Assembly: GCF_964213995.1 (NCBI RefSeq)
Contig: NC_135818.1
Coordinates: 76,694,001-76,758,000, forward strand
Length of the DNA stretch: 64,000 bases
From: Mustelus asterias
Taxonomy: Eukaryota
Direction of reading: 5' to 3'
A program made the position numbers and the translations under genes. The notes below the pieces were generated by a model. The model saw nothing but the letters and a program-made list of their open reading frames with translations, made no database searches and was not told where the DNA came from. Of the stretch, positions 35,201 through 48,829 are shown piece after piece (within the stretch, counting starts at the first letter, position 1; each line of letters begins with the position of its first letter).

Positions 35201-37516
35201 CTCTAATTGTACCTGGCTTCTGTGTTGCATTTCCAGCAAAGTTTTTTAAAAAAGTTTAATGTTGATCCATATAAATGAAATTGTGGGAAGGTTACTTTTT
35301 TAAATTGTTTATACAAGTATATTTAACTCCACCTCAAAGCTTGTTCAGCACTCAGCCATTATGGCGTATATCATACTTGCAACGACTGTTTGTGTTAAAA
35401 GTTATTCAATAGTTGATTCCTCTTTAGCTCTTTCTCACAGAGCAACCTCTGTTTTTATAGAAGTTAGCCAGTATACCAATAGGGATCTCCACGGTAGAAA
35501 AGTCTAGCAACAGCCTAATTCAAAATGGTAGGTTTCCACTGGGAATGAGCACCTCAGACTTCTGTTCAATTGTTAATAAGTTAATATAAAAATTAAATTA
35601 AAAGTTTAAATTGTGAAATGATCGAAGTTCGTAGGTGGGTTGTACTTCATTGTGCACCCTTCTGTTTCAGTGCATGTTGTTGGGGCTTGAGAAAGTGAAA
35701 GAGGGACACTGGTAAATGTTGGTGTTCAGGTTGATTTGGAGGACTTTGTTGCCCACAGTGACAGAACTCTTCCATTTCCCCAAACAAATGCCTTGCTTCA
35801 ACAAGCACAAAAAATTACTTTGTTAATTTGTGCTTCTGCAATACTAACCATTTTAACATATGCAAGCTCTTGTATTTTGACCAGCTTACATACAGTATTA
35901 AATCTTAATTTAATGCTTTAAAAGGGATTAGACTTTATGCTTTTTTTGATCTGGTGGGCAAGGAATGCATTACCGTTATAGATTCAATGTTATGCAATGA
36001 TAGCATAGTGCGATGAAACATGTGAAACATTAAATTAGCTTGAGTGTTAGTGGTTTTATCACCAGATTGGACTGGAATTCCAGTGATATTGTTTAATGCT
36101 AACATGCTAAACATTCATATTGGGGGATTGCGGGACGTGGACATAGACATTTTCAATAAATGATGTTTTTACATTACTGCCATTTTTGTTGTTTTGCCCA
36201 CTGTTTGACAAGTTCTTGGTGTGTGGTGCCATGGGCTATTTCTGATCATTGTGTTCTTGGAATGATGCATAATCTGTTCTAAGTGGTACCTGAAGCAACG
36301 GCTGTTGCCATTCTATGAAGAATGTATATAATATATTAAATATTAATTTGCATAGTATTGCCTGTATCTGCCTCTGTTTTCTGAATATTTTGATGCTGAC
36401 AATATTTTTGTATAGAGCTGGAAGTTGGCTGTAGATACAGAATGACTGGGAGCTCTAATGGGCCAGTGGTGACATTTTAAAATGCAAATACAACAATGAG
36501 AACTATTTTTTAAAAAATTGTTTGCTTTCTATCTTTTTATAGATCTCTCACTAAATTAAAATAATGAATGAAGTATTGTCTGTCCCTCGCTCTTCAGTTA
36601 TTTTGAAAGCCTGTGATGGTGAGATGTCCTTTTATGGGAATAGCTTTTATCTGATTTAGAAACTGGCAAAGAAATACTGTGATCTAACTAGTCAGTCTGC
36701 AATTCTTTTGGGGGAAACAAAAACTATATTTAGGAGACCAGGAATGTGTAAGACTGGGAAAGACCACCACGCTCCATCTGGCCAGCTGAAGATAAGCCTA
36801 GTCTTATGTAAATGTGCAGGAATGTCTCAAAATGATTGTGCAGGTCACTAAACTCCAAAGAACTGATCCATAGATATGGTGGTGACAGGCTGTGTCAGGG
36901 TTGCTCTATGATGTATACAATTAAATGCTTTTCACACACTCAATTAGACTTGTCTTGCAATGTATAGTAATGAAAGATACCAGATGTGTTTTGATAAACT
37001 AATTTACCTGGAAAAGTTTTTTTTTAGTGTATATTCACACCCACACTTTTTTACTGTTTTGGGGAATTATGAGGGGGGAAGTGGTGGAAGAATTCCTGAG
37101 CCGAATATCAGCCCATTGAATCACATTGAACGCTCCTTCTCTAGCCAGCAAGTCTTGGCATTGAACTCAAACCTGGAGCTTCTGGCCTAGTGGTAGGGGC
37201 ACTACCACTGTGCCATGAGGCCTCCTAGAAATTTGGTGAACCGCAGCGATAATCTTTTTGCTAAATATTTAGGATAGTCTATATTTTGAATGCTTTTTGC
37301 TTCTCCTTACATATGGTCCTTCCCCATGGGATTGTGGAATGTGTTTAAGTCAGAAAATGTTGGCTCTTAAATATGGCATACAAGTAATGCACTGAAAACA
37401 TGAATGATGCTTGCTGGGAATCGTGTTGCTCTGTACACTATTTTGAGGCGTTCCGCACTTAATTGGAATTGAAAAATGATTAATTCCTTTAAATAACGCA
37501 ATTGCTCAACTTCATA

Positions 37517-37970
37517 TTTTATTTATTATTGTCACGTGTATTAATATACAGTAAAAAGTATTTCTTGCATGCTATACAGACAAGGCTGTTAATAGAGAAG
37601 GAAAGGAGAGAGTGCAGAATGTAGTGTTACAGTCATAGCTAGGGTGTAGAAAAAGATCAACTTAGTGCGAGGTAGGTCCATTCAAAAGTCTGACAGCAGC
37701 AGGGAAGAAGCTGTTCTTGAGTCGGTTGGTACGTGACCTCAGACTTTTGTATCTTTTTCCCGATGGAAGAATGTGGAAGAGAGAATGTCCGGGGTGCGTG
37801 GGGTTCTTGATTATGCTGGCTGCTTTTCCGAGGCAGCGGGAAGTGTAGACAAAGTCAATGGATGGGAGGCTGGTTTGCGTGATGGACTGGTCTTCATTCA
37901 TGGTTTCTTGTGGGTGTTGAGCAGAGCAGGAGCCATACCAAGTTGTGATGAAACCAGAAAGTATGTTTTC
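37517..37970 (-). mobile_element. Rex1/Babar-like LINE 3' fragment
   Basis: Peptide AASIIKNPTHPGHSLFHILPSGKRYKSLRSRTNRLKNSFFPAAVRLLN. Confidence 0.88.
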
Positions 37971-38682
37971 TATTTACATTTCTCAGATTTATTGTCTTGA
38001 TATTTCTTTTTTCCCATGATTTATGCCTATACCAGGGTTAGACAGCAAAATGCAGATCTTTATGTTCATTTAAAACCATTTTGTTATTTTCTTTCCTTCA
38101 GTGATGCGAGACTTTAAACAAGTATTTTGTCCCTGTCTTCACAAAAAACACACGGGTTTCCAAGAATATTGAAAAAACTGGTGTCAAGAACTTTGCAAGA
38201 ACTTAAAACAGTCACGATCAAGAAAAAGTACAAGTAAAACAGATGGGACGAATACAGCGCTTGTGCTGTGGGCCCAGAGTGAAAATTTGGGGAAGTACGA
38301 GAGATGTTAGCAAGATTGGATTGGCCTTTAGTTGTTAGGTGCCAGAATAAGCAAAACAGTGGGATAGTAGCTTTTACTTATTGAAGTGCACACGAATACA
38401 CGAAAGTCATGTGTTTTTAAATTTAACATTTTCACAAATTTTTTTATCTTGCTTACTGGTCCTAATGGCACAGTGTGACCCCCTTCCCCATTTTCTGATC
38501 TTCCTATGGGGATTCCTATTGATAGGTGTGACCCTGTTCAGTGTCGGGTCACTTGAGTGTTCACATCCATCCCCCTCCCAGCAATCTTTAAGCCTGCTGT
38601 ATACTAAAGTGGTCAACTCACTGAATGAAAAGGTTACCACACAGTGGGTTGTTTAACCAATTTGTGGAGCTTCATTAAATAG

Positions 38683-39453
38683 GTACAAGAAAGAGATAGA
38701 AAATCTGGTGAACTGGTGCCATGACAATCTCTCCCTCAATGTCAGTAAAATGAAGGAGATAGTCATGGACTATAGGAAGCATAGTGGAGGACGTGCCCCT
38801 GTCGACATCAATGGGGATGAAGTGGAAATGGCCGAGAGCTTCAAGTTGCTAGGTGTCCAGGTCACCACCGTTCTGTCCCGGTTCCTCCACGCTGACGTAA
38901 TTAAGAAAGCCCACCAACACCTCTACTTTCTCAGGAGGCTAAGGAAATTTGGCATGTCTACTGCGACTCTCCAATTTTTACAGATGCACCATAGAAAGCA
39001 TCCTTTCAGGATGTATCACAGCTCCTGCTCTGACCAAGACTGCAAGAAACTGCAAAGGGTTATGAATTAAGCCCAGTCCACCACGCACACCAGCCTCCCA
39101 TCCTTTGACTCTGTTTCCACTTTCTGCTGCCTCAGAAATGTAGCCAGCATAATCAAGGACTCCACGCACCCCAGGTATACTCTCTTCCGCCAGGAAGAAG
39201 ATTTTTAAAAGTCTGAGATCGCGTACCAACCGACTTGAGAACAGCTTCTTCCCTGCTGCCATCAGACTCTTGTTTGGACCTACGTTCTATTAAGTTAATC
39301 TTTCTCAACACACTGGCTATGATGTAAAACTACAGTCTATACCACCTTCTTCTCCTCTATGTACTCTACAAATGGAATGCTTTGTCTGTATAGTATGCAA
39401 GAAGCAATATTTTTCACTATACCAATATATGTGAAAGTAATAAATCAAATCAA
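38683..39453 (+). mobile_element. Rex1/Babar-like LINE 3' fragment, frameshifted
   Basis: NWCHDNLSLNVSKMKEIVMDYRK...KKAHQHLYFLRRLRKFG; tail taataaatcaaatcaaa. Confidence 0.88.
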
Positions 39454-39739
39454 AGGCGTAGCTTGCTTACAGTCCAGGGTGGAAGAGGCGGAAAATCTCC
39501 CAAATGCTTCTGATTATGTCACCACGTAGTCATTGGGGTACTCTACTCCGAGGTGCATTGGTTTTCAATACATAACAGCCAAAACAAAATTGGATGTGTG
39601 TATCATGAGACCTCAGAGCTGGTCCCAGATTTTTCTGACAGTCTCTCAACCTCACAGCTGACATTGCAGCCTCGGACCTTGCAATGCCAAAATCTTGCCC
39701 AGGGGTCATGACCCATGGTGTGACAACCCCCTGGAATAA

Positions 39740-40830
39740 AAGCTGCTGTCCTGGACCTGATGACATGCGTCCTAGAATCTTAACAGAAATGGCTGTCACG
39801 ATGGTGGATGCATTAATTGCAATCTTCCAAAGTTCCCTATATTCTGGAAAGGTCCCGGCAAATTAGCAAATAAATGTAACACAGCTATTCAAGAAAGGAG
39901 AAAGACAGAATGTAGGAAACAATAGGCCAATTTTCATAGCAGGTCATTTAGAAAATCATAATACAATCAGGCAGAGTTGCCATGGTTTTCTGAAAGGGAA
40001 ATAGTGTTTGACAAATTTATTAGGGTTCTTTGAGGATGTAATAAGCAGGTGGATAAAGGAGAACCAGTAGATGTAGTGTATTTGGATTTCCAAAAGGCAT
40101 TTGATAAGGTGCCATATAAGTTACTGCACAAGATAAGAGCTCTGTTATGCGGTGATATATTAGCATAGGTAGAGGATTCGCTAACTAAAAGGAGTCCGAA
40201 TAAATGGGTCACTTGCAGGTTGGCAAACTTAACTAATGGAGTGTCACACAGATCAGACCTGGGGCCTCAACTATTTATGATTTGCTTTAATGACTGCATG
40301 AAAGGACAGATTGTATTGTAGCCACATTTGCTGATGATACAAAGATAAGTAGGAAAATGAATTGCAAGGGGGATACAATGAGTCTGCAAAGAGATATAGA
40401 TAGCTTAAGTGAGTGGGGAAAATTTGGCAGATGGAATATAATGTAGAAAATCTGAGGTTGTCTACTTTTTGCAGAAGAGTAGAAAAGCTGAACATTTAAT
40501 TGGGGGAGATTGCAGAATGGTGCTGTACGAAAGGATCTGGGTGTCTTTGTACGTGAATCACAAAGTTAGCATGGAGGTACAGCAAGTAATTAGGAAGGCA
40601 AATGGAATGTTGTCCTTCATTGCAACGAGGGATGGAGTATAAAAGTCGGGAAGCCTTGCTATCGTTGTACAGGGCATTGGTGAAACCCCACCTAGAGAAC
40701 TGTGTACAGTTTTGGACTCCTAACCTGAGGAGGGCTATGCATTCCAGAGAAGGTTCACTAGTCCAATTCCTGGGCTGAAGAAGTTAGGTTGGAGTTTAGG
40801 AGAATGAGGAGGCTTGACAGGTTAGATCAG
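39740..40830 (+). mobile_element. Old CR1 RT remnant
   Basis: Degenerate PGPDDMRPRIL, DFQKAFDKVP, FADDTK and KPHLENCVQFW motifs with stops and frameshifts. Confidence 0.85.
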
Positions 40831-41147
40831 GCTTCCAACAGAAGCTGTATAGATGGGGCCAGGTGCTCAACCTGGGGAGAGCTCTTTTCAGTGTGGGCTG
40901 CTAGGCAGATGTTAGAGGCAGACTGAGCTGTGCAATTCAGCAAAACAATGTTACCTGTTCCAAAAGTCAGAGGTCTAAGTCATGTGATCCTCACCTCTTC
41001 ACCAAAGGATGTTTCTTCTTCATCTGGGATTCCGCTGAGTCTCGATGGTTAAACGTTCCAGCCAAAGGAATGCTCGAGGGGCCTTGTGTCTTAGCAGATC
41101 CTCTGTTTCCTGGCCAGCCTGGGTTATCAAATGCAAATGATCTTTAT

Positions 41148-41300
41148 AAAAGCAAATTACTGTGGTTGCTGGAATCTGAAACCAACAGAGAAAATGCTGG
41201 AAAATTGCAGTAGGTCTGGCAGCATATGTAAGGAGAAAAGAGCTGATGTTTCAAGTCCAGATGAAGCTTTGACAAAGGGTCATCTAGATTCGAAACGTCA
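41148..41300. mobile_element. Penelope-like inverted terminal fragment (family B) with TSD
   Basis: Flanked by GCAAATGATCTTTAT (41133-41147 and 41301-41315); internal inversion; decayed hammerhead ttgacaa-agggtc-atcta-gattc-gaaacgtc. Confidence 0.75.
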
Positions 41301-42029
41301 GCAAATGATCTTTATTTGGTCCTCTTTGAAGTTGGTCTCCAGGCAATCATTAGTGACTCCTCAGAGATAACAAGGTTGAGTTTTCCTGAAGCTGCAAAGT
41401 GGCTTCTTTTGTTCTGGGATCACAGATAGATATTAGGTTCGCTATTTTAAGGATCATGTTCAGCCAAAGTCCTGTTGTAAAACTTAGAAATAACATTGAA
41501 TATATAGATAGGGGTGTGGCGTGAGCGGATAACCCCATCCGGGGTTGCAAAATCCAAATCCCTGGATGATAGACACCAAGCACTGACAAACAGCTGCCTC
41601 CGGTTCTGCTCTCTAGACGGTGGTAGCCCTGCCCTGCTCCATCCTGATGGTTCCATTAACAGAGGCATGTGCTTTAACCCCAGGCCCATGGCCACACACC
41701 CTGTGCCAGTTTCCTTCCTTCAGAAGTGCTGAATCCCCTGCCGGCTGACACCGCACTCAGCCCAACTGAGAGAAACAGGCAGGGGAGCAAGCAGCGATGC
41801 CCGTGAACTCAATGGGCAGTTCAGTGATTCCACCACCCCTCCCCCATGCGTGGGTTTCCTGGCAGCAGAGACAGCTCACCATTGGCCACTGGCTGGATCC
41901 CGCCAAAGTCAATGGCCAATTGTATTGCTCGCTGGCCACACCACCAGGGAGCCTGCTACGGGAGGTCACCTTGGATGGGACCGGGAGATCCATCATGTGG
42001 GAAAGGTTGGAAAATTCCTTAAGCAACAC

Positions 42030-42330
42030 CTTCCAAACACAACAGCTACCAACTAGAAGGACAAGGACAGCAGATACATGGGAACGCCACCACCTGTAAG
42101 TTCCCCTCCAAGCCACTCACCATCCAGACTTGGAAATATATCACTGTTACTTCATTGTCTCTGGTCAAAATCCTGGAATTCCCTCACAGCACTGTAGGTG
42201 TGCCTATATCGTATGGACTGCAGCAGTTCAAGAAGGAAGCTCACCACCACCTTTTCAAGGGCAATTAAGGATGGGCAATAAATGCTGGCCTAAGTACTGA
42301 CACCAACCTCCCATAAATGAATTTTTAAAA
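42030..42330 (+). mobile_element. CR1-group LINE 3' end (tail donor of the bipartite SINEs)
   Basis: Peptide-like ...SKSWNSL...GLQQFKKEAHHHLFKGN; tail aagggcaattaaggatgggcaataaatgctggcc. Confidence 0.7.
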
Positions 42331-44199
42331 ATAGTGTATAGTGGTAAATGGGCGTGGAAGTACCATTTGACGGGTGAGTGGCAGCATACCTTTGCAAAGG
42401 GGCATCAGGTCATTTGGGGATAGGAGGGGCCAATGGGGTTTGTTGGGATTGGGGAGGGGGGGGTGGTAGCTCGCCTTAGAATGGGAGGGGCATGAGGAGA
42501 ACCTTTTGAACTTGATTTCCCTCATGCAGACCATGGCTTATGACATTGCCGAGGTACCGTGAACCTTAACTCTTAACAGCTGCCCTGTCACCATGATAAT
42601 CACAGAGACCTCGGACATGTCCATCCCTGCAACAGGGCAGGAATGATGGAGTAGTCTGGTTACCTGAATCGGCCCAAGTCCTTAAAAGGTACCCGGAAAA
42701 ATTGGAAACATCAGGAATGGTGGTCAGGAACCTGGAATTGGGACCTACCTTATTCTCAAAGGGTTCCTAAGTCACCCTGAAGCGACAGAAATCCAGCTCG
42801 ATATCTCCATTGTGGCGCTGGGGTTAGCAGAAGCTCAGTGGGCCGAATGGCATTGCTCTGCTTTGGAATTTCTATGCTCCTTCTTCAAAAGAAAACCCAT
42901 AATATTCCATCAAGAACATTGGCCAAGAAACTGTAACCAGCTCCCCTTAGCAGCAAGCAATTCTCACTGGACGGCAGTCCTGGGACCATAACCCCTGTGA
43001 CCAGTTGTTTTTATGGGAGCCAGATAATCCACCAGCTGTGTTACCCAAAAGAGCTTTAGGCACAGCTTCCAAAACCATGAAGCAATCTTTTTGCTCAACA
43101 CTGTCAAAAGCAGCAACTTCCAGCAGCTCTTGCACCTAATCAGTAGCATCAGCCTTCAAACCAAATCAGGATGAATGGACACCCAGGTCCAAGCACAATT
43201 TTGACACAAGGCCTTAGCTCTTAGCGCACGCTTCATTTTCCAGTCAGTCCCATGGTACAGAAACTCCAATCCAAGCATGCTACGTCTGTGCCTTTAATTC
43301 TATTTTAATTTGAAACTTCATGTTAAGGCTATGCTTTGCAATATCTGCTCTTAAGAGTGTTGCAGGGGATGAACACACTGTTACCATTAAGTTAATAAGA
43401 GTATACCAGTGTGTACTGTAGTTAATGCACAATAAGGTGTTTTGTGTATTATTGCAAAGCGTGTAAAATACTTAATGTACGGAAAAAGATCCTTATCTGG
43501 CCATGACTCTGAATTTCCTGGCAAGTCAGTTTTTGGATTAACAGGCTCCAACTGGATAAATTGTTGCATTGAGACACTGTCTAAGGCGTCATTGCCTGAA
43601 ATTGGCTGCCTATCAGTTCCCACATTGTGTTAAAATCAAATGTTACTGACTTTTCCTATTCTGACAAATTTCATCTGGCATTGCTAATACAGCTGAGAGA
43701 GTCTTGCGGCTGTGAATGCCAAGATTGATTCTCATGTAGTATGTATAAGAAAGAAAGCACTTACATTTATATAGTGCCTATCATGACCTGGGAATATCCC
43801 AAAGCACTCGACACTCTTTGAAGTGTAGTCGCTGTTGTCGTGACACAGCAGCCAATAGATGCACAGCAGGGCTGAAATTTGTTGGGGCACTTGGCTCCTA
43901 TAGGCCAGGGACGAGCCTACCTCAGCCCTTTCAGAAAGCCCTGATTTTATTCGTTCGATGTGAGCGTCGCTGGCTGGGCCAGCATTTATTGCCCATCCCT
44001 AACTACCCTCCATTCCAGAGGGCATTTGAGAATCGATTGCGGCACAGTGGTTAGCACTGACCCAAGCTGGGAATTGAACCTGGGTCCCTGGCGCTGAGGC
44101 GCAGCAGCGCTAACCACTGGCCCACCGTGGCACCACAGGTGGAGGTGGAGGAGAGAGTTCATGCTCTGAAGTTGTTGAACTCAATCTTCAGTCTGGATT

Positions 44200-47190
44200 T
44201 AATTAAGGCTGACTTCAATGCGATGCGAGATGTCTTGTTCACCGAAAACTGAGCAAATCTGCTCATGATAAAAAGACACAAGATCATTGAGAGGTGTTCA
44301 AAATGGAATTTAATTAGATACAAAATCAGTTTATACCCCTAAGGGGCAAGAGATTCACTTGCCAAAAAAAAAGCAATGGATGGTGTGAGAAATAATGGAA
44401 ATATAAAAAAACGAAAAGAAAAAAAACATACAAAATGTAAAAAAGCCTGGATTTTAGTCGGGGGAGAGATTGCAGAAAGATGGGTGGCACAGTAGTTAGC
44501 ACTGCTGCCTCACAGCGCTAGGGACCCGCATTCGATTCCCGGTTTGGGTCATTGTCCGTGTGGAGTTTGTCCATTCTCCTCGTGTCTGCATGGGTTTCCT
44601 CCGGGTGCTCCGGTTTCCACCCACAGTCCAAAGATGTGCAGGTTAGGTTGATTGGCCATGCTAAATTGCCCGTTAGTGTCAAGGGGACTAGCTAGGGTAA
44701 ATGCATGGGGCTACAGGGATAGGGACTGGGTGGGATTGTGGTCAGTGCAGAGTCGATGGACCGAATGGCCTCCTTCTGCGCTTCTATGAAAAGGGACAAC
44801 TAAATTGTGTCAAAGAGCTAGAAGGAAGGAATACAAGAAGAAACTCTCAGAGATATTCAAACGATCGTACCAAACTTAGAAAAAAAAGAATAGGCAGGGA
44901 AACAGCTGACGATGGTGGTGTAATTGAAAATTAGTAAAATGCAGGCGTGTTCAATAATTACTTTGTGCCATTATTTAGATTAGATTAGAAGAAGAGAACA
45001 GCATGCTGCACTTCCCAAGGAAGCTAATACTGAATCCAGGGAAAGCAAAATAACAGGAATGAATAAAATAATGACAAGTTTAAAAAGTGACAAGTAGCCA
45101 GGACCAGATGGTTTCCATTCCAAGATTTTGGAGCACGTGTGAAGTGGAGGATTCTTTATGATGGTGGCCAAACTTCTTGCAAAACTTAAAATTGCTTTAA
45201 AAACTCTCAAAGGCAAGGCTCAAAAGACCCAAAATCTATTTAAAACACAAAAATCATACAAGACAAACAAACATTAACCTACGGCCGTGGGAGGCCTTCG
45301 GATGATCAAATAGCTCTGGTTCAGTGCTACAAGACCCCTCCAAAGATCTGAGGCGCTGAGCCAAAATACAGAACAATTCTGTTATCCAAGTCACACCTAA
45401 CTAGCTTAGATTCAATTTCATTCCATGTTGACCTGTCAGTCCAGTACAAGACAGATTACCTCAGCCAATTGCAAGAGGCTACTTGACATAATGATATTCT
45501 ATTTGTCCGTTTAATACCGGACATCTTCCCTTTGGCAAAACCCACTTCCTGTTTGCTATGTTGTTAAGGACGCTTCCACTGCTATTCCTTTCCCATAGAC
45601 TTATTGCTGAGACAATCAGATAAGCGCCTTCCCCATAAGAAAGACCTTTCTTCATGTCTGGACAATAGATGCCTCGATTCAATACATTATGTTTAAATAA
45701 CTGTCCTGGGATTTTGAAACGTCTAATGTTTACTCTGCTGATGAATGGATTCTAACTGCCGAATTCCATCATTATTTCTGCCGCATTCGCATTTTTGACT
45801 GAGGTGAACAAATACGTTTATATATTAAAAATACATTTAATATATTAAAATGCAGAATCACTTAATATTCCAATATATACTTTAAATCATGTCTCAGTCT
45901 TGTTAATACTGTTATTGCATTCACATATGAGCAAACTGTTAACACTATCTTGTTGGGTGGAATCATTTAACCCTAATCATTTAATCATTAAACCGGATCA
46001 CCTGGAGCAGACACAGGGAAAACGTGCAAACTCCACACAGACAGTGGCCCAAGCCGGGAATCAAACCCAGGTCCTTGGCGCTGTGAGGCAGCAGTGCTAA
46101 CCACCTAGCCACCGTGTCGCCCCGGGAACTGAGCACCCTGAAAATTTCAGCTCATCGGGATTGGTCAGGATGGACAAACCTGACCGACATGCTTGAAGAG
46201 GTGACTAATGTAGTAAAAAATGGAGAATGTCAATGGATAGTGTCTACACGGACTTCCAGACTGTTAGCTGAAGTTGAAGTGTGTGGAATTGAAGACAAAT
46301 GATTGGACTGTTAGGAGACTGGCTGAGCATCAGGAAACAGAGAAGAAATGATGGACAGGCTCTCTAATTGTAACTGATGGTGTCCCTTAAGGATCTGTGA
46401 AGGAGACTCAACTGTTTGTGTCATTAACAATTCAGATGATGGGATAGATTGACACCTATCCGAGTTTACAGGGGCACAAATAAAGATGTCATCGTAAGCA
46501 GTGTAGATGGAAGTATAAAATTACAATGATTATGAGATTATCTGAAAGGGCAAAGCTATAGTAAGTGTTTGTACAAATTTGTGGTCTTCACTGTAGATAA
46601 ATGTGAGGTCATCCACTTTGGACTTAAAAGCAACAGAACCCGGTACTCACTAAACGGTGAAGAGTTGAAACAATGGAAGCCCAAAGAAAATTTGGGAGTC
46701 CATGTACGTGAATCATTAAGATGTCAAGAACAGGTACAGAAAATTATTTAAAATAAAAACTAGCATAATGTTGACCTTTATAGTGAGAGGATTTGAATAC
46801 AAGGGAGTGCAAGTTATGTTTCAACTATACAAAGCACCAGGTAGACCACACCTGGATAATGTGAGCTTTATAAAGGAGAGGAATCTCAGGGAGTGCAGTT
46901 CAGATTTGCCAGAATGAGATCTGGGATCCAAGGGGTGAATTACCAGGAGAAGTTACAGAAACTGGGCTTGGATTTCCTGGACTTTAGTAGGTTAAAGGTC
47001 AATCTGACTGAAATTTTTAAGATAGGAAGGGAGCAGGCAGAATAAACTGAAGGAAATTATTTTGGCTGGATGGAGGATCTAGATCTAGAGGAAGTAATCT
47101 TTAAATTAGAGTTAGAAGTCAAATTAGAAAAGGGTTCCACACATGATGAGCAGTAGACATTGGTAATTTTCCACCACAAATTGCAATTGA
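44200..47190 (+). mobile_element. Old fragmented CR1 with nested insertions (HE1 44481-44790; unknown about 45140-46000; SINE head about 46005-46125 on the minus strand)
   Basis: CR1 motifs PGPDGFH, VDKCEVIHFG and RPHLDN in colinear order across the inserts. Confidence 0.7.
45744..45943 (+). repeat. About 200-bp AT-rich segment duplicated at 48175-48384
   Basis: aatggattctaactgc...ccatcattatttctgccgcattcgc...cacatatga.caaactgttaaca is present twice in direct orientation. Confidence 0.9.
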
Positions 47191-47191
47191 T

Positions 47192-47535
47192 CATAGAAAC
47201 ATAGAAACCCCACAGTGCAGAAGGAGGCCATTCGGCCCACCGAGTCTGCACTGACAACAATCCCACCCAGGCCCTGACCCCGTCACCCCACATATTTACC
47301 CCGCTAATCCCTCGAGCCGACACATCTCGGGACACTAAGGGGCAATTTAGCATAGCCAATCAACCTAACCCGCACACCTTTGGCATGTGGGAGGAAACCG
47401 GAGCACCCGGAAGAAACCCACGCAGACATGGAGAGAACATGCGGACTCCACACAGACAGTGACCCAAGCCGAGAATCGAACCCAGGTCAATGGTGCTGTG
47501 AGGCAGCAGTGCCAACCACTGTGCCACCATGCCAA
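47192..47535 (-). mobile_element. Full-length HE1-type V-SINE
   Basis: Reverse complement of head, V-domain and tail. Confidence 0.9.
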
Positions 47536-47959
47536 TTTGAGAAATGATTTCATTTATTTCAGATATTTTTGCATAGTTCCTATTATTCAACACTTTATCA
47601 GAGTTCACTAAGTTAGTATTAGTGGTTATAGTATATTTTAGAATAATCTATAATGCTTGTAGCAGATGGAAGAAGCATGTAGCAGAAAAGTCTTCAGTGG
47701 GTTTTACTGTGAAATCCTGATGAATGGTGAAGAAATATAGAAAGGCTGTCATTCACTGAACTAGTTGTGTAATTAGCAATTTCTGGTTGTCATTAGAGTC
47801 TGCTTTATTTCTCTATCGCTCAGATCATTTGGAACAGTGAACAGCTGCACAACCAGCTGTAGAGGCATTGCAAATCTGAAATGTTGTTACTTTAATGAAA
47901 TAGGCTTATCATTGTTATTTTTGTGAGGCGGTGTGATTTCGGAATTATTTTACAGCTGC

Positions 47960-48575
47960 TCTTTGTTAACTGTTACCATATCTTTTCTTAACCGGGGCCT
48001 TTAGCTTTAACTGGAGCTATCCCCCTTTTTTAACTGGATCAGTTGCCCTGTTGTTAACTGGAGGTTTCCCCCTGTTGGTAACTGGATCAGTTCCCCTGTT
48101 GTTAACTGGAGGTTTCCCCTTGTTGGTAACTAGAGCTGTCCCCCTTTGTAAACTGGAATTCTCCCCTGTTAACTAATGGATTCTAACTGCTGAACACCTG
48201 AACTCCATCATTATTTCTGCCGCATTCGCGTTTTTGACTGAGGCGAACAAATATATTTATATATTTAAAAATACTTTTAATATATTAAAAGGCAGAATCA
48301 CTTAATATTCCAATATATACTTTAAATCATGTCTCATTCATTTTAATACTGTTATTGCATTCACATATGACCAAACTGTTAACAATAGGGCGAAAGCTTC
48401 AGTTTACAAGATGGACAGCTCCAGTTAATAATGGGGAGAAAGCTCAAATAACAACAGGCGGACTGCTCCAGTTAACAACAGCTCTCTGCCTGTTGTTAAG
48501 TGGAACAGTCCGCTTGTTGTTATTTGAGCTTTCTCCCTATCGTTAACTGGAGCATTCCGCCTGTCGTTAACTGAC
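47960..48575. repeat. GTTAACTGGA-based tandem and inverted repeat element with a 63-bp-stem hairpin
   Basis: Units of about 23 bp at 47960-48175; arms 48418-48480 and 48491-48553 are reverse complementary (57/63 by manual count). Confidence 0.85.
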
Positions 48576-48829
48576 GTCTTTCTATCAAAGCTGAGGATGG
48601 TTGAGAGATCAAATAATGCTTCACTTTTTCAGAACATGGTCATTTCCAGGCCAGGTGTCACATGGGTTGAATGGTTTGAACCAATTCCCTTAAATGACAT
48701 ACACAAATACACTTCCAGCATGATGTCTATGTATTTTTACTTTTCACCCTCGGAGCTGACTCAGTCCATCTAATCGATTGTCCAGGATGAAGGATGCTCT
48801 GCAATGTATTTAAAGAATAGGCACTGATG

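Larger units (their letters stand above)
28290..36200 (+). other. TRIP11: Putative TRIP11 3'UTR, possibly long, with multiple polyadenylation signals
   Basis: AT-rich and repeat-poor. AATAAA at 28291, 28618, 28738, 29048 and others; the distal AATAAA at 36155-36160 is followed by a T/GT-rich tract (catttttgttgttttg). The extent is inferred, not shown. Confidence 0.45.
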
